Source: a candidate division WOR-3 bacterium
GTDB lineage: Bacteria; Hydrothermota; Tepidihabitantia; Tepidihabitantales; Tepidihabitantaceae
Reading direction: 5' to 3'
NCBI GenBank assembly: GCA_965649225.1
Contig: CBFGJX010000005.1
Coordinates: forward strand, 49,243-113,242
DNA: 64,000 nucleotides
Below are positions 54,193 to 63,213 of this stretch, piece after piece. The notes under the pieces are model-generated. The model saw only the letters and a list, made by a program, of their open reading frames with translations. It made no database searches and was not told where the DNA came from. Both the position numbers and the translations under genes were made by a program. The first letter of the stretch is position 1, and every line of letters starts with the position of its first letter.

Positions 54193-55925
54193 TTCTGATT
54201 GTCTTCTGTGTGACCCCGGTCGTGGCCGGTGACGAGCCGCCGCTCTCTGAGTCAGACCAGGCGTGGCTGGAAGAAGCCGAGGCGGTGCTGAGACAGCCCG
54301 TCGACGTAAATGCTGCCAGTTACGACGAGTTGCTCCAGATACCCTGGTTGAGTCCACGAGTCGCAAAAGCAATCATCAGTTTCCGAGATTCGCTTGGCGG
54401 CAGTTTCAGCAGTCGTGCCCAGCTCGCACAGGTCAAAGGCATTGATGATGCAACTCTGGCTGCTTTGCTCGTGAAGACACCGGACAGTGTAGTCAGGCGT
54501 TGGGCAGCTGGTTTTCGCACCGGGACAAGACTGGATTCTGTGGCCGGTGGTGTGAGACAGGCTGCCGGACTGGCGCGGTTCGATTGGCGAAGTCCGGTCC
54601 TGCGGTCGGTGTTCCAGATCGAAAAGGACGCCGGTGAACCTGAACTGACCGACTTCATTGGTTGTGGGCTGGAATATCGTTTGACGAAAGCAACTGTTGT
54701 GGTGGGGGACTACACTATGACAGGCGGAACCGGACTGGTGCTGGCATCGCCACGAGCGCGTAGTCGCTATGCTGTGCGCAGCGGTGATTTCCCTGCTGGC
54801 CCGAGGATGGCCAGTAGTGTTCAGGAGACGCGGCTTTTGCGCGGGGCCGGGGTCAGGTTCAGATGGGGTCGGGCTGGCGCGGGAGTAGCCGTTTCGGCGG
54901 CACAGCGGGACGCCCGGCTTGATGAGCATGGGGCAGTTCGACGATTCTCGTCCGGTGGTGTTCATGTTGACTCAGCAGCACGGGCCGAGAAGGGGCAGGT
55001 CGTCGAATGGCATGGCGCGTTGGCGGCAGAGTGTCAGTTTGCGGCATGGCAACTGGGCGGAACGGCCACGGTCCTCCGTTTCTCGCGGCCGGTACAGCCA
55101 GTTGATACCCAACGCGATTTTGCCGGCAGTTCGCTGGCAGTGGGCAGTTTTTGGGCCGGTTCAGCGACCGGGAACTACAGACTGGCGACCGAGCTGGCCG
55201 CGGCGTCAACGGGCGGTCTTGCCCTGGCGGCGACACTGGACCGTGACTTTGCCGACCGCTTTGACGTTACGGCGAAGTTTCGCTGGCGCAGTCAGCAGTA
55301 CTTTGCCCCGCACGGCTGCTGGACTACTCTCGCCGCGGTCGAAAGGCAGACGACTGTGTCAGGAAGGTTTCGTTTCCGACTCAAGCCGGTTCAGATTGTC
55401 GTCAATGCCAACACCCGGCGGACAGGTGAGGACGATTCCTTGCCCGGCAGGATTGAGCTCGTACTGGAACAGAGAGGTGGGAATGGTCAGGTTGAGCTGC
55501 GTCTTGGTCGGTCATACGAGGGCGAGCAGGAACGATTGACAACGGCAGGGTTCGGTTTTACCTGGCAGGCCTGGCGGGTGTTGTCGGGGAGATTGAGAGT
55601 CGGCTACAAGTCCGATGTCCTGCGTAAGCTGGACGGCGGAGTCCTGGCAGGGATTGTCCGTGCCGACCTGGGGCCGGTTCGTGTTTCTCTGGCGGCAACT
55701 CGTTTTCATATTCCCCGTGGCGGTGTAACGTTGAGCTGGTCAGAGCCGGCGGCATTCCGGGACGGGACGGTGTTTTCCAGTCGGCAGAGCTGTTGGCGAA
55801 CAGCGGCCACGGTTGCCTTCAGGATTGGTGTGATTCAGGCGACGTTTGGCGGCGTTGTCGAGCCTGGGAACAGTCGCAGCCGCGGGGTCAGTTTTCAGCT
55901 AGAGGCGAGAGAACATGGTCATTGA
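54180..55925 (+). CDS. Helix-hairpin-helix (ComEA-like) domain fused to a probable OM beta-barrel
   Basis: PVDVNAASYDELLQIPWL...A.AII.FR...G.F.S...L..VKGI; EKDAGE, VVGDY....G.GLV, LRGAG. Confidence 0.75.
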   Translation: MASVILIVFCVTPVVAGDEPPLSESDQAWLEEAEAVLRQPVDVNAASYDELLQIPWLSPRVAKAIISFRDSLGGSFSSRAQLAQVKGIDDATLAALLVKTPDSVVRRWAAGFRTGTRLDSVAGGVRQAAGLARFDWRSPVLRSVFQIEKDAGEPELTDFIGCGLEYRLTKATVVVGDYTMTGGTGLVLASPRARSRYAVRSGDFPAGPRMASSVQETRLLRGAGVRFRWGRAGAGVAVSAAQRDARLDEHGAVRRFSSGGVHVDSAARAEKGQVVEWHGALAAECQFAAWQLGGTATVLRFSRPVQPVDTQRDFAGSSLAVGSFWAGSATGNYRLATELAAASTGGLALAATLDRDFADRFDVTAKFRWRSQQYFAPHGCWTTLAAVERQTTVSGRFRFRLKPVQIVVNANTRRTGEDDSLPGRIELVLEQRGGNGQVELRLGRSYEGEQERLTTAGFGFTWQAWRVLSGRLRVGYKSDVLRKLDGGVLAGIVRADLGPVRVSLAATRFHIPRGGVTLSWSEPAAFRDGTVFSSRQSCWRTAATVAFRIGVIQATFGGVVEPGNSRSRGVSFQLEAREHGH

Positions 55926-56754
55926 CAGTCACGTTCATCCTGGGTTCTCTGCCGATGCCACCGGTGAGATGATTGAATTCTGTTCAGAGGCGAAGAAGAA
56001 GGGAATCGACGGAATTTGCTTTACGACCCATTTTGAACCGGACCCGGTCCGGGGTCACAGAGAGATTGTCCGTTGCCGTTGCGGCCCTGTCAGGATGACC
56101 GACGAGTGGGTTACTGAGTATCGGGCAGCGATTGACGAATGTCGCCGACGGGCTGGTGATCTGGTGGTGCTCGCCGGGATCGAGGTGGGCTATGACCCGG
56201 ACTGCGAGAGGGCCATCGGTGATTTTCTCCGGCAGCACGAGTTCGATTTTGTACTTGGGGCGTTGCATTCTCTGGCGCACGTCGCTCTGACGTCGAGTGC
56301 CGAGCTGGATGAGTTGAGAGGATTGTTTGGTAGCTGGGAGGCCGCTGCTGTTGTCCGGTTGTACTTTGACCAGCTGGAGCTGCTCGTTGCCAGCCGCTTG
56401 TTTGATTCCGTTGCCCATGTTGATGCTTACCGCAAGTATCTGAGGCCGTTGTTTGGGCCGGAATTTGATGCTGCGGTTGCCAGCCGCCTGCCAGGATTTC
56501 TGCACAAACTGGCAGTAACCGGTACAGTCATGGAAGTCAATACCTCGGCGTTAAGGCGCGAGATGTCCGAGCCCTATCCGGCCGATTTCATTCGTCGAAT
56601 GGCTCACGATTTTGGAGTCAGGATGTGCACGGTTGGCAGTGATGCTCATCGGCCTGCCGATACCGGCGCTGACGTTCGCAAGATGGTCGAGCAGCTGAAG
56701 CGGGAAGGATTCGGCGTCGTGCACTTCGCCGGTCGGCGACCGCTGGCCGATTGA
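55915..56754 (+). CDS. PHP-family histidinol-phosphatase (HisJ-like)
   Basis: DSHVH, FTTH, GIEV, DFVLGALH, AHVD, EVNTS, GSDAH. Confidence 0.88.
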   Translation: MVIDSHVHPGFSADATGEMIEFCSEAKKKGIDGICFTTHFEPDPVRGHREIVRCRCGPVRMTDEWVTEYRAAIDECRRRAGDLVVLAGIEVGYDPDCERAIGDFLRQHEFDFVLGALHSLAHVALTSSAELDELRGLFGSWEAAAVVRLYFDQLELLVASRLFDSVAHVDAYRKYLRPLFGPEFDAAVASRLPGFLHKLAVTGTVMEVNTSALRREMSEPYPADFIRRMAHDFGVRMCTVGSDAHRPADTGADVRKMVEQLKREGFGVVHFAGRRPLAD

Positions 56755-56785
56755 CTTCACGGCACTAGAAACTAGAATTCGGCAG
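56751..56785 (+). promoter_or_regulatory. Leaderless-type promoter
   Basis: TTGACT(56751-56756)-N16-TAGAAT(56773-56778)-N7-ATG. Confidence 0.7.
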
Positions 56786-57664
56786 ATGCGAGTCGGATTG
56801 CCGCGGGCATTGCTTTACTATCGCTACGGTAGATTCTGGCAGGACTACCTCAGTGCCCTCGGGCTGGAGGTGGTTGTCAGCCGTTTGACCGACCGCCGAC
56901 TGGTGGAAACCGGTGTTGGACTGGTGCCCAGTGAGGTGTGTCTGCCGATCAAGATTGCGATCGGACATGTTGTCGACCTGATTGACCGGGTCGACGCGGT
57001 TTTTCTGCCGCGGCTGGTTTGGCTGCAGGACAAGCTGTACGCCTGTCCAAAGATGATCGGCATCGCTGATCTGGCGCGGATGGTGCTGGGCGACCGAGTA
57101 CGGTTGATTGCGCCAACTATTGCCGGTGACTTCGCGGCGGCCCATATTGCGGCCGGAACAGCATTGACGAGAGCACCAATCCGGGCAGTACGGGCGTTTT
57201 ATCGTGCCCGTGCCGTGCTTGCCAGAGAGCAGACATTTCCGGACCTACCAGCCGGTGAGCGTCGGGTTGCTCTGATCGGGCATTTTTACAACACTGGCGA
57301 TGACTATGTGGCGCGGCCGGTAGTTGATACGCTGCGGCGGCTCGGGAACCGGGTGATCACCAAGGACGAGCTGCCGGCCGGGATAGTTGCCAATGCAGCT
57401 GGCTTTGCCGGTTGTATCCGTTGGGTCTACGAACGCGAGCTGTACAATGCATTTCGCTTTCTGGTCGGCCGGGTCGATGGCATCTGTGTGATGGTTTCGA
57501 TGGGATGCGGACCTGATTCGCTGATTGCCGAGTTCATGCGGGAAGAGGCCGTAAGCGCCGGAGTGCCGTTCATGCAGCTGGTTCTGGACGAGCACACCGG
57601 TACCGCTGGCATCGTAACCCGGATTGAGGCTTTCGCTGAACTGGCGCGACGTCACGCCGCCTGA
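56786..57664 (+). CDS. DUF2229 / acyl-CoA dehydratase activase-related protein
   Basis: VGLPRALLYY, EVCLPIK..GH, CPKMIG, GCGPDS, LDEHTG.AG..TRIEAF. Confidence 0.88.
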   Translation: MRVGLPRALLYYRYGRFWQDYLSALGLEVVVSRLTDRRLVETGVGLVPSEVCLPIKIAIGHVVDLIDRVDAVFLPRLVWLQDKLYACPKMIGIADLARMVLGDRVRLIAPTIAGDFAAAHIAAGTALTRAPIRAVRAFYRARAVLAREQTFPDLPAGERRVALIGHFYNTGDDYVARPVVDTLRRLGNRVITKDELPAGIVANAAGFAGCIRWVYERELYNAFRFLVGRVDGICVMVSMGCGPDSLIAEFMREEAVSAGVPFMQLVLDEHTGTAGIVTRIEAFAELARRHAA

Positions 57665-57673
57665 GACCGCAAG

Positions 57674-58723
57674 TTGAGAGTCAGTTTTCCCTGGTTCGGC
57701 TACGACACTTTTGCCATCAAGACTTTTTTCGAGACCTTGGGTGCGGAAGTGATTCTCCCGCCGGCCAGTTCGAAACGGACGCTGGAACTGGGAGTGCTGC
57801 ATTCGCCGGAACTCATCTGCATGCCGTTCAAGACGACGCTGGGCAATTTCATCGAGGCGCTCGAGCAGGGTGCAGACACGCTCTTCATGGCCGCCGGTGC
57901 GCGTAAGTGCCGGTTCGGTTACTACCATTACCTGCAGGAGAAGGCACTTGCTCGACTCGGCTACCGCTTTCGCCTGGTGCCGGTGACTCAGTATTCCCCG
58001 TTGGAGTTTGTTTTCCGACTAATGCCGGCGGAACTGGGAGTATCGCCACTGCGGGTGATACACGCCTTGAGGCTGATGACCGAGAAGAGCAGGCTTACCC
58101 AGGACTTCCGGACAATGCTCAACCGGTACAGGGCGGTGGACTATGCTGCTGCCGAGCAGCTGAAGCCGGTGGCACTGCGGCTGATTGAGGCTGCCGCGAC
58201 ATTCCGTCAGCTTCGGCAGGCCCGGGTCGAGCTGACCCGGATGTTTGCGGTAAACGGCCGTCGTCCTGCCGCAAAGGTTGCGTTGGTGGGTGAAATCTAC
58301 TTCATGATTGAGCAGTTTGCCAACAGTGATGTTGAGAAGGAGCTCGGCCGGCTCGGCGTCGAAGTCTGCTTTGAGCGCAGTCTCTACCGGCACATTCGCC
58401 ATCTGCTGGGAGTGGATCCTCAATTCTATCGTTCAGAGCGGCTGGCCCGGCGCTATCTGCAGGTCTCGCCGGGGGGTGAGGCGATGAGGACTGTGGGTGA
58501 GGCAGTGTGGTATGCCAGTCAGGGTGTTGATGGAATTGTCCACGTTTTCCCGTTCACCTGTATGCCCGAGAACATCGCACTGGAGGCGCTGCAGCGGCTG
58601 AGCGATGAAACGGGAGTGCCGGTGTTGTCGCTTTCTTTTGATGAGCATACCTCGCGCACCGGACTCGTTACTCGACTGGAGGCGTTTGCTGAATTGCTGA
58701 AGCGGAGGAAGATGCGTGGTTGA
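57674..58723 (+). CDS. 2-hydroxyacyl-CoA dehydratase-like (HgdAB-related) subunit
   Basis: SPELICMPFKTTLGN, CRFGYY, VGEIY, PFTCMPE, FDEHT..TG..TRLEAF. Confidence 0.85.
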   Translation: MRVSFPWFGYDTFAIKTFFETLGAEVILPPASSKRTLELGVLHSPELICMPFKTTLGNFIEALEQGADTLFMAAGARKCRFGYYHYLQEKALARLGYRFRLVPVTQYSPLEFVFRLMPAELGVSPLRVIHALRLMTEKSRLTQDFRTMLNRYRAVDYAAAEQLKPVALRLIEAAATFRQLRQARVELTRMFAVNGRRPAAKVALVGEIYFMIEQFANSDVEKELGRLGVEVCFERSLYRHIRHLLGVDPQFYRSERLARRYLQVSPGGEAMRTVGEAVWYASQGVDGIVHVFPFTCMPENIALEALQRLSDETGVPVLSLSFDEHTSRTGLVTRLEAFAELLKRRKMRG

Positions 58724-59669
58724 AGGCTATGTCGGCATCGATGTCGGCTCGATATCCACCAAGGGAGTTGTCATTGACCGGGATGGTCAGGTCCTCGCCA
58801 GCCGCTATCTGCGGACTCAGGGAAATCCGATTGCGGCAATTCAACTGCTGGTCAGTGAACTCGGCCGCATGCTGGGATTGGATGTGCGGATACTGGGTGC
58901 CGGCACTACCGGATCAGCACGGCGGCTGGCTGGTGTCATGGTGAAGGCGGACATTGTCAAAAATGAAATCATTGCGCATGCAATTGCCGCCGGACGCTTC
59001 TATCCTGATGCGCAGACGGTGATTGAAATCGGCGGACAGGATTCCAAGATCATAATCCTGCGCAGCGGTATTCCGGTCGATTTCGCGATGAACACCGTCT
59101 GTGCAGCCGGAACCGGCAGTTTTCTCGATCACCAGGCTACCCGGCTTTCAATTCCGATCGAGGAGTTTGGCCAGCGGGCACTCAACGCCAAGACCCGGGT
59201 AAACATCGCCGGTCGTTGCACGGTCTTTGCCGAGAGCGACATGATCCACAAGGCACAGCTCGGCATTGCCACTGAGGACATCATCGCCGGGCTCTGCGAT
59301 GCGATAGTCCGTAACTATCTTAACACCGTGGCGAAGGGCAAGGAGATCAAACCGCGGGTGCTTTTTCAGGGCGGTGTTGCTGCCAATGTTGGCGTTCGAC
59401 GGGCCTTCGAAACCGCGCTGGGTCAGCAGGTTACGATTCCTGAACACTTCCTGGTGATGGGAGCGATTGGCGCGGCGCTGATTGCGGCTGAGGAAACGAG
59501 AGACCGAAAGACGAGCTTTGCCGGCTTCAGCGTTGCCGAGGTCGAGTTCAGTACCAGAGCTTTTGAATGCGACCAGTGCCCGAATCGTTGTGAGGTCGTC
59601 GAGACCTTTCGTCAGGGTGAAGTGATTGACCGCTATGGCGATCGTTGTGGCCGGTGGTCGCGGCTGTGA
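58716..59669 (+). CDS. Acyl-CoA dehydratase activase (BadF/HgdC-type ASKHA ATPase)
   Basis: GIDVGSIST, TTGSAR, EIGGQDSK, MNTVCAAGTGSFLD, RCTVFAESD, GGVAAN, CDQCPNRC. Confidence 0.92.
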   Translation: MVEGYVGIDVGSISTKGVVIDRDGQVLASRYLRTQGNPIAAIQLLVSELGRMLGLDVRILGAGTTGSARRLAGVMVKADIVKNEIIAHAIAAGRFYPDAQTVIEIGGQDSKIIILRSGIPVDFAMNTVCAAGTGSFLDHQATRLSIPIEEFGQRALNAKTRVNIAGRCTVFAESDMIHKAQLGIATEDIIAGLCDAIVRNYLNTVAKGKEIKPRVLFQGGVAANVGVRRAFETALGQQVTIPEHFLVMGAIGAALIAAEETRDRKTSFAGFSVAEVEFSTRAFECDQCPNRCEVVETFRQGEVIDRYGDRCGRWSRL

Positions 59670-61153
59670 GAAACGGCGAACGAGCGAGAATCGTGGTACT
59701 GCTGATGCTCTTTGCCGGTTGGGGCTGTTCCGCCCCGAGGGAGGCAAGAATGACAAGAGAGCCGTGTGTTGCTGGTCAATTCTATCCGGCTGATTCAGCG
59801 CTGCTGGCCGCAAAGATTGACGCGATGCTCGAGGCGGCAACGGTGGCGCCGGTGTCGGGAAAGGTGATTGCGCTGCAGGTGCCTCATGCCGGTTATGATT
59901 ACTCGGGCCCGACCGCGGCACGGGGTTACGTCCTCTGGCGCGGGCTTGCCGGGGTTACCGTAGTGATGGTCGGCACGAGTCATCGGGCGCTAATCGACCG
60001 GGCGGCGGTGTTTGCCCGGGGGAGCTGGCGAAGTCCTCTGGGTCGGACAGCGGTCGATGAAGCTTTTGCCCGTCGGCTGATTGCCGCCGATTCTTTCTGC
60101 GTCGAGTTGCCACAGGCGCATGGGCTGGAGCATTCAATCGAAGTGCAGTTGCCATTTCTCCAGCGGGTTCTGGGCGATTTCCAGATTGTGCCGGTCATGG
60201 TTTTGAAGCCGTCCTGGGACGAATGCCTTCGACTGGGCAGGGCGATTGCCGCTGCGGTCGGTGAGCGACCGGTGGTGCTGCTGGCTTCAACTGACCTGTA
60301 TCACGGCTACTCCTACACCGAGGCCAAAACCACGGACAGTGCGACCATGGCGGCAGTCGGAAAGTTCGACCCCCAGCGGCTGTATGCAATGCTGGAAAAG
60401 GGCGAGGCCCAGGCCTGTGGCGGTTACGGGCTCGTGGCAGTGATGATTGCCGCCCGGCTGCTGGGCGCCGATCGGGCAGTGGTCATTGATTACACCAACT
60501 CCAATGACGTTACGGGCGAGCGCGGCGGTTATTGCGTCGGTTACAGTGCAGTCGCTTTTGTCGCCGGCGATTCGTCCGGGTCATTTGAACTCAATGATGA
60601 TGAACAGAACCTGCTGCTGACACTGGCGCGGCAGACGATTGCCGATCAGCTGCAGGGACGCCCGACCGCAGTGCCACGGTTCGATTCGCCCCGGCTCAAC
60701 GAGCCGCGCGGGGTTTTTGTTACTCTGCACCGCCAGGGTGAACTGCGGGGATGCATTGGCTATCCGGAAGCGGTCAAACCACTGGGCGTGGCGGTGGCCG
60801 AGATGGCGGTAGCCGCCGCGTTCGAAGACCCGCGCTTTCCGCCGGTGACGGCAAACGAACTGGACGCGATTGACATCGAGATAACCGTCCTCTCGCCTCT
60901 GGCGCCGATTACTCCCGAGCAGGTCGTGGTCGGCAAACATGGCCTGGTAATCAGGCGAGGTGGTCGTTCGGGGCTCCTCCTGCCGCAGGTGCCGGTTGAG
61001 CAGAACTGGAATCGCGAGCAGTATCTGGACGGTCTGTGCCGCAAGGCCGGGCTGCCAGCTGGTGCCTGGCGTGATCCGGCGACCCGGCTTTTTGCCTTCA
61101 CCGGTCAGGTGTTCGGCGAAAAAGACAGTCGCCGGTCGGGTAAGCGTCATTGA
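59666..61153 (+). CDS. AmmeMemoRadiSam B (Memo) - A (AMMECR1) fusion with possible lipoprotein signal
   Basis: AGQFYP, PHAGYDYSG, EHSIEVQLPFLQ, STDLYH, ACG, VGYSA; then GVFVTL...LRGCIG, DPRF, GLLLPQV, KAGL. Confidence 0.93.
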   Translation: MRNGERARIVVLLMLFAGWGCSAPREARMTREPCVAGQFYPADSALLAAKIDAMLEAATVAPVSGKVIALQVPHAGYDYSGPTAARGYVLWRGLAGVTVVMVGTSHRALIDRAAVFARGSWRSPLGRTAVDEAFARRLIAADSFCVELPQAHGLEHSIEVQLPFLQRVLGDFQIVPVMVLKPSWDECLRLGRAIAAAVGERPVVLLASTDLYHGYSYTEAKTTDSATMAAVGKFDPQRLYAMLEKGEAQACGGYGLVAVMIAARLLGADRAVVIDYTNSNDVTGERGGYCVGYSAVAFVAGDSSGSFELNDDEQNLLLTLARQTIADQLQGRPTAVPRFDSPRLNEPRGVFVTLHRQGELRGCIGYPEAVKPLGVAVAEMAVAAAFEDPRFPPVTANELDAIDIEITVLSPLAPITPEQVVVGKHGLVIRRGGRSGLLLPQVPVEQNWNREQYLDGLCRKAGLPAGAWRDPATRLFAFTGQVFGEKDSRRSGKRH

Positions 61154-61184
61154 CGGCGCTGGCGGCAGTTTTATGATGGACGCG
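61150..61184 (+). promoter_or_regulatory. Leaderless-type promoter
   Basis: TTGACG(61150-61155)-N16-TATGAT(61172-61177)-N7-ATG(61185). Confidence 0.7.
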
Positions 61185-61715
61185 ATGAATGTCCAGGATC
61201 CCAAGTATCCGCAGTTGGCCGGCATTGACCGCGAGGGTCTGATTGCGCTGCTCGAAGATGCCGCCAAGAACTGGCTTGCGCACGATGGCCTTTGGTTTCA
61301 GGCAGTTGAACGGGCGCATGGGATGGCGGCGGCGATTGCAGCCGATGCCGAAGCCTGGCAGCATTTCAGCGAGGTTGAGGCGAAACGGATAATGCAGCGA
61401 CACGGCATTGCCGCCGGCGGTGGAATTCCGGCGCTGGTCAAGGCGCTGTCATACCGGCTATACTCGTTTATCAACCAGCAGCTGGTGGTAGAGCAGGATC
61501 AGCACCGGGCGGTTTTCAGGATGGTTGACTGCCGGGTGCAGTCAGCAAGAAAGCGCAAGGGATTGCCGGACTTTCCCTGCAAGCCGGTCGGGCTGGTCGA
61601 GTACGAGGTATTTGCCCGGACCATCGATCCACGGATCCAGACGCGATGTCGGCACTGCCCGCCGGACCCGCATCCGGCCGACTCGTGGTGTGAATGGGAG
61701 TTCAGGCTGGAATGA
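61185..61715 (+). CDS. DUF6125 family protein
   Basis: KNWLAHDGLWFQAVE, CRVQSARKRKGL..FPCK, CPPD, CEWEF. Confidence 0.85.
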   Translation: MNVQDPKYPQLAGIDREGLIALLEDAAKNWLAHDGLWFQAVERAHGMAAAIAADAEAWQHFSEVEAKRIMQRHGIAAGGGIPALVKALSYRLYSFINQQLVVEQDQHRAVFRMVDCRVQSARKRKGLPDFPCKPVGLVEYEVFARTIDPRIQTRCRHCPPDPHPADSWCEWEFRLE

Positions 61716-62407
61716 ACAGCTTCAGTCGGCCGACGATGCGCGACATGCCGGCGGCGGAACGGCCACGGGAACGCTTAATCCGGCACGGCGCCGAGCGGCT
61801 TTCGAATGAGGAACTGCTGGCAGTGCTCATCAGCCGTGGCACTGCCGGCGCGCCGGTGCGGGAAATTGCCGAACAGCTCATCCGCGACTTTGGCAGCATT
61901 GCGGCGATTGGCGACGCATCGCTGAATGAACTGGCCCGCGTGCGGGGGATTGGTCCGGCAAAAGCGTGCCAGCTGGTCGCGGCATTTGAGCTGGGACGCC
62001 GGGCCCGGGACGCACGGAATGAGAAACGAAGCCGGGAGACGGCGACGCCGGAGGCGGTAGTCCATATGGTGAGGCCAATGATCGACAGCCGGCGCAAGGA
62101 ATGCTTCATCACCGTGCTGCTTGACGCTCGAGACCGGATTGTCGGAGTTGACCGTGTTTCAATCGGCAGTCTCGATACAACGCTCGCCCATCCACGGGAG
62201 GTTTTCAACCGGCCGGTGCGTGATGGGGCGGCGGCGGTGATAGTGGTGCATAATCACCCTTCCGGGGACCCGACGCCGTCGGATGACGATATCCGCCTGA
62301 CCAGAAGACTGAGCGAGGCGGGACGGGTGCTGGGTATCGGACTCAGGGACCACATTATCCTGACCGAAAGTTCCTACTACAGTTTTCGGCGCCACGCGCT
62401 GTTGTAG
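61712..62407 (+). CDS. radC: RadC/JAB-domain protein
   Basis: ERPRERL...GAE.LS..ELLA, GIGPAKA, HPREVF, HNHPSGDPTPS.DD, DHII. Confidence 0.95.
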   Translation: MNSFSRPTMRDMPAAERPRERLIRHGAERLSNEELLAVLISRGTAGAPVREIAEQLIRDFGSIAAIGDASLNELARVRGIGPAKACQLVAAFELGRRARDARNEKRSRETATPEAVVHMVRPMIDSRRKECFITVLLDARDRIVGVDRVSIGSLDTTLAHPREVFNRPVRDGAAAVIVVHNHPSGDPTPSDDDIRLTRRLSEAGRVLGIGLRDHIILTESSYYSFRRHALL

Positions 62408-62415
62408 TCCAACCA

Positions 62416-63213
62416 ATGCCAAAAAGCCGGGCTGGGTCTGATCTGCGGCGGCAGCCGGCGCCGGAAGCAGTGGCAATTGACAAAGTTGGTGTCAGCGGGC
62501 TCTGCTATCCGGTGGTTCTGCTGGACAAGGCGCACCGGCGACAGCATACGGTCGCCCGGATAAACATGTACGTCGATCTGCCACAGCAGTATCGCGGAAC
62601 GTATATGGGACGCTTTGTCGAAATCCTCAATCGTTACCACCGGGAGATTGACCTGCACAAGATTGGTACCATCCTGCGCGACATCCGTTCCGCTCTGGAG
62701 GCGCGCTCGTCGCATCTGGAGATGACCTTCCCTTATTTTATCGAGAAGAAGGCGCCGGTCACCGGTGCAGTCGGGCTGATGGACTACAACTGTTCGGTTG
62801 TCGCGAGTCTGACCGACCGTTTTCGGCTGCGGCTGGGGGTAACGGTGCCGGTGGCAACTTTCTGCCCGTGTTCCAAAGACATGGTTCAGGTCTCGGCGCA
62901 CAGCCAGCGGGCCGAGATCATGGTATCGGTTGAGTTCACCGGGTTCCTCTGGCTGGAGGACCTGATTGACTTGATTGAAGACTGCGGCTCGAGCGAGGTG
63001 TACTCGCTGTTGCGTCGGGAGGACGAGAAGCATCTGACCAGTTGCGCGTTCGACAACCCGGTGTTTGTTGAAGACGTGGCGAGGAAAGTGGCAGCCCGAC
63101 TGACCAGCCATCAGCTGGTAACCGGGTTTGAAGTGGCAGTCAAAAGTCACGAGTCAATTCACAATCACGATGTCTATGCCTACATTGCCCGCTGGGAACG
63201 GACGGCGAAATGA
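62416..63213 (+). CDS. folE2: GTP cyclohydrolase IB
   Basis: IDKVGV, CPCSK, AHSQR, L.REDEK, NPVFVED, ESIHNHD. Confidence 0.92.
   Translation: MPKSRAGSDLRRQPAPEAVAIDKVGVSGLCYPVVLLDKAHRRQHTVARINMYVDLPQQYRGTYMGRFVEILNRYHREIDLHKIGTILRDIRSALEARSSHLEMTFPYFIEKKAPVTGAVGLMDYNCSVVASLTDRFRLRLGVTVPVATFCPCSKDMVQVSAHSQRAEIMVSVEFTGFLWLEDLIDLIEDCGSSEVYSLLRREDEKHLTSCAFDNPVFVEDVARKVAARLTSHQLVTGFEVAVKSHESIHNHDVYAYIARWERTAK

Noticed and set aside
40430..56000. Apparent drop in GC suggesting horizontal transfer
   Set aside because: Impression by eye only; the region holds core ribosomal and housekeeping genes; needs a sliding-window GC/codon calculation
61712..62407. radC as a marker of a mobile or defence island
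   Set aside because: Full-length chromosomal type (HhH + JAB) among housekeeping genes, with no integrase or att sites
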